Source: Ptychomitrium polyphyllum
Taxonomy: Eukaryota
Reading direction: 5' to 3'
DNA length: 64,000 nucleotides
NCBI GenBank assembly: GCA_973851085.1
Contig: OZ316775.1
Span: 1,364,001 to 1,428,000 of the forward strand
The position numbers and the translations under genes were made by a program. Each line of letters begins with the position of its first letter. Position 1 is the stretch's first letter. This document shows positions 54,803 through 64,000 of this stretch, piece by piece. The notes below the pieces were generated by a model. The model was not told the DNA's origin. It was given only the letters and a program-made list of their open reading frames with translations, and did not search any database.

Positions 54803-56757
54803 ATGTCGTTGCCATACCGGGATTTTAAGGGGCCTGCACCTGCACCATCGCCCTACTACCGGCCACCCTCTAATGGCTCACGGCCCTTTCCCGATGCCCC
54901 AGTAGCAAGGGGTTCGACGGGGACTTCGTTTCGTCCCAGTATTGCCGTGATCATTGGCGTTCTCACCACCATGTTTTCCCTCACCTTCCTCTTGCTCCTC
55001 TATGCCAAGCATTGCAAGCGTTCTGCGGAGGCCGAGGGGGCTGAAGGTCCTCCTGAAGAAACTCTTGCTGCTCCTGTGGCTTTCCATGTGGATGCTGGAC
55101 TTGACAGGGCGATTGTGGAAGCCCTCCCCGTGTTTACTTTTGCGTCTCTACAGGGTGCAAAGGTCTGTAATGCTACCCAGTTTGAGTATGCTTTTTTTTT
55201 TACTTCCAACCTGAAACTCCTTAGATCTTTCGCACCGTTTATATTTAGCATGAAAGAGTCAGATCCTAGGTATGCATTCAGGCTTCAGTACATCGTTTGT
55301 AGAATTTGTGTTTTGCAAGGATTCCAGATAGGTTGATTTTGGTACAAATGTTCTTTAGAACTGCGTATGACTGATGTGCTGGCTAATTTACAGGACGGAC
55401 TGGAGTGTGCGGTCTGCTTGAGTCGTTTCGAAGACGCAGATATTCTGCGGCTGCTGCCAAAATGCAAACATGGCTTCCATTTAGATTGTGTTGACACATG
55501 GTTGATATCCCATTCTACTTGCCCGCTTTGCCGGCACTGTATCACCCCCGAAGATCTCACTCTTGTAGATGAACTCGTAGCGGCCAGGAACTCGCAAGAA
55601 GCAGTAAGTCAAGAGCTGGATACTGTGGCGTCCTTGCCTAGAAGCTGCTCTCTTCCTCGGCGATCGTCTGTTGAAAGGCGAGAGCGTTCCTCACAGGCAT
55701 GTGCCTCCCTCCTGTCATCTTTTCATTCACTTTTATATTGAATGACAACGCTGCTTCGTTATGTTTTCAAAACTTTGTCAACCGCTACAAGAAGATTGAA
55801 CCTTACGACTTCTATTTGCTGTTTTTCCAGATTATTAGTCAAAGGGACAGCATAGATGGAACTATCAACACAAAAACGCAAACTCCAATTGGGCGTACAG
55901 ATGGGATGCTGCTTGGTGATCCTCCACTGGAGTATACATTTGACTCACACCCCATGGCTTCTGGTAGAAGACTGGGTCACCGAATCATAATCTCCGACTT
56001 GGTTATGCAGCAGCGGTGGAGTGATTATGCCTCTGCAGATATCTTGTTCCTCAATACCCACACCTTGTTTGGGCCTAGTGAAAGACTGTCAGTATCTCGT
56101 ATGTCCAACAGCTCCAAGAGTGAGCTTCACCCTCCTTTTAGACGGGATGAGGAGCTTTTCACCCGGCGCTCCAGCTCATCGTCATCCACTTGTCAAGAGT
56201 TCACCATAGTTGATGGAAAGGCCAGGTTGTCCTCCAGTTTTAGTAGAAAAGATCGAGGATCCACATCTTGGAAGCATGGTATATCATCTAAAACTGGTGA
56301 TGAAATTTCTAAGCATCGCGATACTAATATTGAGATGCCCCCAGAGCCGTCCCGGCGGTCCACCAGCCGACTATCTGGCATCACAGACAGAGCGCCGTTA
56401 CCACCAGGAGCGAAAGGCGACGGGAAGAGTTTACCATTCTTGAAGAGAGGCTTCTCATTAGGAAGAACTATCATCGACCCTGAAGGCAGGCTGCTTCCCA
56501 GGACTGATGTGAGGTCCATGTCTGAGATCACCGAGCTGGATCGTATTGCACAATCACGAAAGAAAGACTTGTTTATGGGTGTAGCTGTGGACGGAGCTCC
56601 CACTAGAGAGGAAGAGAAGGCTCGGAAGTGGCTCTCTATTGCCCGGAAGACGCTGAATCGTTTTGTTGGGAGAGAAAAGCGGGCTCTCTATGGACCAGAG
56701 AATGTACATAGTTTGAGTTCTCATCCAGCTCTGGCGTCCTCCTTTTTTGACACCTAG
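54803..56757 (+). CDS. ATL: ATL-family RING-H2 E3 ubiquitin ligase (ATL12/42/43-like), 3 exons
   Basis: TM segment [34 protein letters not shown] motif ([15 protein letters not shown]), RING-H2 [43 protein letters not shown], subgroup motifs HRIIISD..QRWSD, RSMSEIT and WLSIARKT. Exons 54803-55162, 55394-55603 (or 55696), 55831-56757. Confidence 0.93.
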
Positions 56758-57364
56758 TGAATTTATAAAGTTTTTGACAACCAGCTGCGACGGTTTTGTA
56801 GTGAGACGAGTAAGTAAAAGCAACATATCATATTGTACATTAGTTTTTACAAGGATTGGTACTACTTGGGTTTGAATATAGAACCAGCAGGAAATCTGGT
56901 GAAGCTGGAGAAAATGTATATATCTTAGTGGGTAGTGAAGCAGGTAAATAGCATGCCACCCAACAGAAGGTTGCAGACAAGCAGCTATGCGTGCCCACTT
57001 GCAGGCGTGTGGAAAGTTGTATGCAGAGATTTAACTTGATCGGCTAATATATTACAGGAAGACTGAACTTTTAAGGGTATGTCATGACACTTAATACAAC
57101 TTTGTCCACACGAATGAGACACTTAACTGAAGGCATTCCAATTAGTAATACTGATTTTTGAACAAACTGTCCTTACACAAGTACATGAAGCACATCTAAC
57201 AATTCAGATTATAAATTCTAGTGTACTTGGTCTAATTTTGCTAAATATTACTAGACAATAGAGTAGTCACGATCCTACAAAGTCAAGAGTGTAAACTGTA
57301 TAGTAAACTTAGCAGAACGATCATCTGAGTGTGATCTGAGGAAGTTGAAGGGCTGGATAAACAG

Positions 57365-59079
57365 TCAAGCTTTGAGCATCTCAACGACGCTTCCAGAGGA
57401 GCGAATTTGACAAACCAGATTGACTTCAGTGAACCCCGCTGCCAGCCCCAGCTTGCGAAACTCGCTCTCAGTGCGCTCCTGTGCATTATGGTGGGCCATC
57501 ATCATCACGTCCATTATCAGAATTGCCTTGTCAACCTCTTCAGGGTCGATGACTTCGGGTACTACATGGTCCACCACAATCGCTTTGCCGCCACCGGGCA
57601 GAGCTCTCCAACAATTCTTCAGCAGCTTGAGGACGTCTTCATCACCCCAGTTGTGCAAAATCCACTGTTGATGCACAAAGAATTATCATTCCAAATTTTT
57701 TTAGCTGAGCTGGAGGCAGTTTATAACCATGAACAAACAAGCGTACGTAACTAGTGTTAAATAGTTGGGGTAATCCAATCAGTGGGCAGAGGAAAAAGGT
57801 TTTTTGAACTTAGAGATTCTAGCACCTCATAATTGATAATTGGTGAATATTGATAGTCTCCCTAACGGGCAAGAACTGGTCGGGATGCGAAGGTGTGCAG
57901 ATGAGGGCATGTGGCACTCTGTCCCACTGGACACTCTTGATCCACCTTCGTAGGATTTACTAAAAGTTAATACGTTCCATTCACCAAGCGATTCTCCTGT
58001 TGGAACTCTTAATAAAATCAAGCTGTTCAATTTTCGGCTCTTTAACAACCATTAAATCTCGACGTAGAAGACTTGGGGCATTCAAACTCACCTTCATGAA
58101 GATGGCATCGCCGCCTGAGGGGACACTCTCTAACATGTCACCGCTGACATGCTCAACACCTGGAATTAACGCACAAGGAGCTTAAACTGGGTTACAACAT
58201 AGAAAATTTATCCATTTCATTAGATACCCCACCCGATTATTACCTGGGAATCACCTAGATTGTTAACTATTTTCTAGGTGCCTTGTGGTGATTTTCGATC
58301 AAGCAAAGAATTTTCATATGAACAAGAAACATGTTTAGAGACCAAAACTAGTAGACAATAGTTCTTTGATGCAAGCTGTTACCCGGCAGCTGAGGACTTT
58401 CAGCAATGACGCCGGGCAGGTCGAAATTAATGCCCTTGATATGGGGATACCGATCCATGATGGCACTCAGACAAGCACCAAATCCGCCTCCTACGTCCAC
58501 CAACACACAGACATTCTGGAAGCCCTGATATGCGTCCAGAATGGCGTGCATATGCACTTTGGAGTTCCCATCCATGCCCTGGTTGAACAGCTTATTCAAC
58601 GCTGGATTCTTCTGGTGGAACTCATAGAGCGTCCCGCCGTTCAACTCTCGGGTGTCTTCCACCACCAGGTCAGCGAGAGAGCAGTAGTTCTGCTGCACGG
58701 CCGGCGCTTGCCCATACATGAGGTAGTGAGCAAACGAGCCGGAGTTATGGATTCCAGTCTTCACGAAGTATTTCCCCAGTGGCCCCAGCTGATATCGTCG
58801 TTCTCCTGCAACGTCGACCGTTTCAGTTATGGCGCTGTTGCTGATCATCACGCGTAGCATTCTCTCAAGATTGTTGATGTTCACTTTCTTGTGCGGCATG
58901 GCGGATGCTGTGAGCTGGTAAATTGTTAGAGGGTTGGCGGATCCCGCCCGAGCAAGCGCGTCGAAGACGTCCAGTTCGACGAGTGCGGCTGTGGTTCGTA
59001 CCAGGATGTGAGAAGTTACAATGGCGAACGCTGCCTCCCTCGCGTAGCCGGGATCCATAGTTGCAGTTGGAATCACCAT
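57365..59079 (-). CDS. class II (COMT-like) SAM-dependent O-methyltransferase, 3 exons, ~354 aa
   Basis: Exons 59079-58383, 58159-58092, 57664-57365. N-terminal dimerisation region, LVDVGGGFG, GINFDLPGVI, GVEHVSGDM, DAIFMK-WILHNW, ERTESEF..AGF. Alternative ATG at 59058. Confidence 0.93.
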
Positions 59080-60730
59080 GACGACGATCACAAAGAAATA
59101 TGAACTCAGAACAGATAATCACTCGCTGCTTCACGTCCAAAGCATAAACAATTCCGGTGAAAATAAATTCTTCAGAGTACCCCAGTTCGTACTCAAATTT
59201 CACCAACCTGCACAAGTGATCCCTCTCAAGCCGGCATGTACATGATACGGCTCATCGACAAGGAGTCTTGGTCACTTACCAGTGGTAATATTATCCTGGT
59301 GCTACTCGAGAGACACGAATGTGATACCTTATTGATACATGGGCGGGTATCTTGTGAATAAAGGACTATCTCGTTGAATAAAGGAACATTTCATTCTCCA
59401 GAACCAATGATGTCAGTGGTCAACAAAAGCTCCGATGTACAGCAGCCCAGAGACTATGATATGAGTGGTCATTTCGAAAGCCAAGTAGTCTTTCTTTAAG
59501 AGCACAAAGTAGAACAGCCAAGGTTCATCAGCCTGGTCAAAAGGTGTTTGCCCATGACCGAAACGATCGTCAAAGTATGTTAGCTTGATGTGCATATCAG
59601 AGAGGAATTTTGCTCCTGGTGTGTGCAACAACATAATATATGGTTTCAGAAAGCGAATTTGGATGGATCTTCAGAAAAGAGTTTCACAGCTTTACGACAG
59701 AACTCCATTTATGGTGGTTTGATATGAATGTTATCGTGTCAGATTTTTGTGGAAGCGACAATTGGCATTTTGTTTTGAGAAGCTACGTGGGCTGTTCTTG
59801 CAGGGCGAAGCTGTAAGTTCCACCAGCTCCATATCCTATTATGTCAACAACAAGAAGAGGGATGTCTAACCTACACCAGATGAAGTCTTACCAATCAATA
59901 GCAATGAGTTTGGAATGAGTTCACATCCAATGTATCCCTGTAATTTGTTTCCTTTTCAAATTGGCATGGAAAGTTTGATGAACTTGTCGTCGGTCAAAAT
60001 GCTTTGTAGGTAATTTTTCATGCAGCCTCAGTGGCTTATTCAGTTGTTACTATGGTTTTAGCATATAACTTCACAAGGTTGCCACGCTTGCATCAAACAT
60101 GAAACAAACTCCTCCAGTGTCACTGTGAGACAGAGTTGGCTGCAAGGAAGAGTGGTGACTGAATCGTAACTCCATAACACACATACCTGGAATACACAAG
60201 AACCCGCAGATGTTTAAATTTTTTTCATTATTGTTACCTATCAGTAGCACTTCTACTTCTGCCGCAACACTACAAATATAACAATCTGACCACCGTCTGG
60301 AAGTAAAGCTTACGCTTACTGTATCCAAAGAGACAAACACGTCTGCCATAGAGTGGTCCTCCAAACTCTTTCTACAACACTCTCCAAACTCCAAGCGAGA
60401 CGATTGGATCCTCTGCTCAATGCAGTATTGGAAACACAAATCTAGACCCAATAACTCTTACTTCTATCAGTCCAGGAAAACTCTTATCACATTTGCAAAA
60501 TTTGCTGTTCATCACCACAGACGACGACATACAGTACGATCTTTCCAAGACATGAACAAACACTGACGAACTCGCTTCGTCAGGGTTCGACTCAAAGCGC
60601 ATACAGATGCATGGTATTCCCCAGCTCTCAGAGGAACGCCATAGCCATGACTACGGCTACACTCCCCATTGGTTTCTAGCCTGGAATCTTCGTGCTGGAA
60701 GATGTTCCAATATTGGTAGAGGGACTCTGG

Positions 60731-61454
60731 TCAGAGTTCCTCGACAACGGAATCTATGCAAGTGTAGTCGAAACTGTCCGAGTTGGCATCCGAGTTGGCA
60801 TCGTCGTCCTCCAGTCGGGAGAGTTTTGCGTGAGAGCTTGCTTTTCTTAGAGCTTTTGGCGCCACCACTGCTTGCTTTTCCAGTTCTGTGAGGGTTTGCA
60901 TATGCGAAATTTAGTACCGTTACTGAGATATTCTCCCCTCCTGACCGTATGATCATCCTGGATTATTTGTGCAGTTTATAGAAAATTTCAAGCTCACTTC
61001 TGCGTCGGCACTGTCTTTCTCCAGCGAAGCAGCTAGCTTCGTGCATTTTTGATGTAGTTAAAGAAGCAGTTTCAACATTTGGGTCTTTGTCCAGTGAGCC
61101 TAGTGCATGCTTGGTGGCCTAAGTTCGATGGGAAAACTCTAATGCTGCGGTAGTTTATTAGTGACAGCACAAAAGTTCAGCTTTGAGGCTTTTGTAGAAG
61201 AAAGAGTGCATTACAGCAGAAGTTGTGGTAGTATCAGTGTGATTTGGGTTTACCTCCAGTTTACTGTCTTTTGAAATGTTTCTAATATTCCATGTGAGTT
61301 TGTGCTGCAACCTTGGACAAGCCTGAAACTCGTACTTGATTTCAGTATTTTCCCAATCGTTGTCACTTGTTCTTGCAACTGGAGGTTTACTCTGTGGGAC
61401 TGACTGTGAACATGTTGTAGAGTCATTGAGGGCCGCGCCTTCCTTGCTGGACAT
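60731..61454 (-). CDS. putative orphan 3-exon gene, 158 aa, hydrophilic/disordered
   Basis: Exons 61454-61254, 61118-60998, 60885-60731 joined by GT-AG introns of 135 and 112 nt with compatible phases (0, 1). No recognisable domain. Confidence 0.4.
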
Positions 61455-61607
61455 GCGGTTGACGATGTGGCGATGTGGGGTATGTGTGTTTAAACCTCCA
61501 CTGGATTACTGCATGGCCGTCTAAGGGAGTGAGCCTGTTCTAGGTCGTGGAAGGGTTTAGCATTGCGTGAATGGAGTAGAGAGAACGAGAGGTGAAGGTT
61601 GGTGAGT

Positions 61608-63832
61608 ATGGAGGTGGCGGCAGCGCCTTCGACTCCCTCAACGTCGACTGTGAATCAAAATGGAGCTACGCCACCTTTACCTCCACGGCTAGAGGCGCCA
61701 GTTACACCGAGCTCGACGACCTCAGGATCAATGCTCGTGGCGATGGTGACGCCCCCAGGCTTCTCGTCGCACTCCATTGCGCCCAACCAGTCTTACCCGG
61801 CTCCGCTTGCCAAACACCTGGAGTTGGTTGCAAGCAAGGAGCTCTTTCTAGACACCCTCAAGAAGTTTCACATTGCTCTGGGCACTCGCCTTGTGTAAGA
61901 TTCTGTGCATTGCTACATCTTTTTCTCGCTACTGTTTCTGACATTCTGTCCAAGCCTAGTGCTCCCACCTGGGGTTTGTGAGATTTTGTGAGGTTATCTC
62001 CATGATGCAAACAATGCGGACAATGATGGTATTTGAGAGGGTGTTTAAGAATTAAGTTTTTAAGATCATTACTCTCTTTCCAGATTTAACAAGGACTTGA
62101 CGTTAGAGTGACTGCACACCACTTCATTGTTACTGAGTGGATTACTTGAGTTTTATCCGTCTTATCGATTTTACAAGGATTGTAACAATATCAATGATAA
62201 TAAGCGCAGCTGTAACTAGTAAACTACAGATTTACTTTTGGGGGTTTAACTTTGAGTTCACAATTAAGGAAAATAAACTGAAAAATTTATCACATAACGT
62301 TGCTACTTTTAATTATTCCTTGAACAATCTTGGTGTTGGTCTCAGTTATCAGCCAATTGGAGACATTGTCATATGAGCAACTACAATCACAAGCAATGGA
62401 AAGTGGTTTCTTAAATTTTTGGTGTCTTTGGACTCGAGATAACACAAGCTTCCATCAAATTCAAAATATCAAGGCGACGTAGAATATCTTACTGCATAAA
62501 ATAGATTATCTTTGCAAACCTTACCAATATCTTACTAGTATCATGATGCTGTAACTATGATCTGGGAGAAGACTAAGATGTTTGGATTGCATGGAAGTGC
62601 GATGTTCCAGCTGAAGCTGTTTCAGTTGTGGCTTTTATAAGTCTCTGCGGTCGATTGAGAATCAATTTATTTGGTTTCGTGACATTAGCAGTAAATTGTG
62701 TTTCAATTACTGGTATGGCATTTGTCCAAATTATAGTTATTCCTGTCCTGCAAGTTAACTCTGATGTCACTAGTAATTTCTAAACTCTTGATATCACCAG
62801 ATCTCACATGCTGGTCTTGTCTGCAGGATTCCTAAGATGGGGGGCAAGGACCTTGACTTACATGTTCTATATGTTGAAGTGACACAGCGAGGCGGGCTGC
62901 AACAGGTGCTTCTCTGCGAGGCCTTTACTCCAGCTATCATTTTCCTAGATTCCGTTTTTCACGTTCTCGGCGACCAGCTTGGTAGATCGATCTTACAAAC
63001 CACAGGTTACATTGAGAGTATCGTTATAATTTCTCTTCTTAATGCTAATGCATTGTTTCTTTATACTGGATATCATCTCTGTAATCATGTTGCCTACAAT
63101 GCAATTTTGAAAAGATATTTCTGCCGTATCATTGTGATTTACCTTTATCATGTCTCTGTCGAAATTATCATTTCTTCTTACGAAAATCTTTCTCCATATT
63201 GTTCATTTGCTATGATTCTTTCAGTGAGCGTTCTGAGGTGACCTCCCCAGATGGAGGGCTCTCCAGGTCAATATTGCTTGTCTCTCTAAAAGCTCGTCGT
63301 CAGATCAATTACATGAGGTTTCGCGAAGAAAAATGTAAGTGGTTTAGGGTATCGTATTCTGATGTATTCCTTTGACATGACTGATCATGATACATGACAA
63401 GTTCCAGGTTATCAAGGACAGGAAGTGGAAGGAGATTACAGGAGCTTTCAACTTCCCCCGCACTACCACAAGTGCCTCGTTCGTCTTGCGCAAATACTAT
63501 ATCACACTACTTCACCATTATGAGCAATTGTATTTTTTTGGATCCAGTGGACGCCTTGTAGCTCTTCCAAGTAAGCACTTGAAGAGTTGATTCCGACAAT
63601 CTGAGATGTTCAATTTCTTCCTCTGTAATGCCGCTGGTTACAGTTCTTTCTCACCAGCACCCTGTACTTGCAGCACCAATACCGGCACCTAGCCCTGGTA
63701 CTGTCAAGCAAATTGAGTACGCTCCTCCTGTGGAAGCACAGACACATGCAGAGAAGCCGGAAGTAATTAACACGGAAGGGAAGAAATTAATTCGAAAAAG
63801 GAAGCTTGCCCCGATGCCAGCTATGGCACAAG
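61608..63832 (+). CDS. ARID-domain protein of the plant ARID-HMG type (HMGB9/10/15-like), 5' part only, continues beyond the window
   Basis: Exons 61608-61894, 62827-62905, 63408-63570, 63674-63832. YPAPLAKHLELV..FLDTLKKFH, IPKMGGKDLDLHVLYVEVTQRGG, VIKDRKWKEI..FNFPRTTTSASFVLRKYYITLLHHYEQLYFF. The HMG box is not reached inside the window. Confidence 0.92.
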
Positions 63833-64000
63833 GTTCGTGTATTGCCTCATTCCAACGTAGTGTAGACACAAAATGCATACGAAACGTCATATAAGTCGAA
63901 TCATCCTTGGATCTTGTGTGTCTATGGTGCAAGTATACTCGAGGTCTTACTGTCTTCTACTAGGGCTGAAGCATTTGTTAGTAATTCTAGTGTTCATCTT

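Overview
Eukaryotic, intron-rich plant genomic DNA, most likely a moss or other bryophyte (inferred from gene content, GC-rich first exons and moderately GC-rich introns). Gene islands alternate with very AT-rich, CpG-poor blocks that look like decayed repeats. Left to right: a possible decayed gene fragment, an alpha/beta-hydrolase pseudogene, an orphan GC-rich ORF next to a degenerate repeat array, a 10-exon Zn-dependent ADH-like gene (-), neurochondrin (-), an intact intronless bacterial-type HSL/family-IV esterase (+) inside an AT-rich island, SFR2 galactolipid galactosyltransferase (-), a ~1,116-aa AUF1-like F-box gene (-), mitochondrial citrate synthase (-), an ATL RING-H2 E3 ligase (+), a COMT-like O-methyltransferase (-), a possible orphan 3-exon gene (-), and the 5' part of an ARID-HMG gene (+). 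The most striking item is the esterase at 27120-28070, a horizontal-transfer candidate whose upstream region holds a possible relic sigma70 promoter split by a 14-bp tandem duplication. Exon boundaries were read by hand from GT-AG sites and frame continuity. Family assignments come from motif recognition, not database searches.
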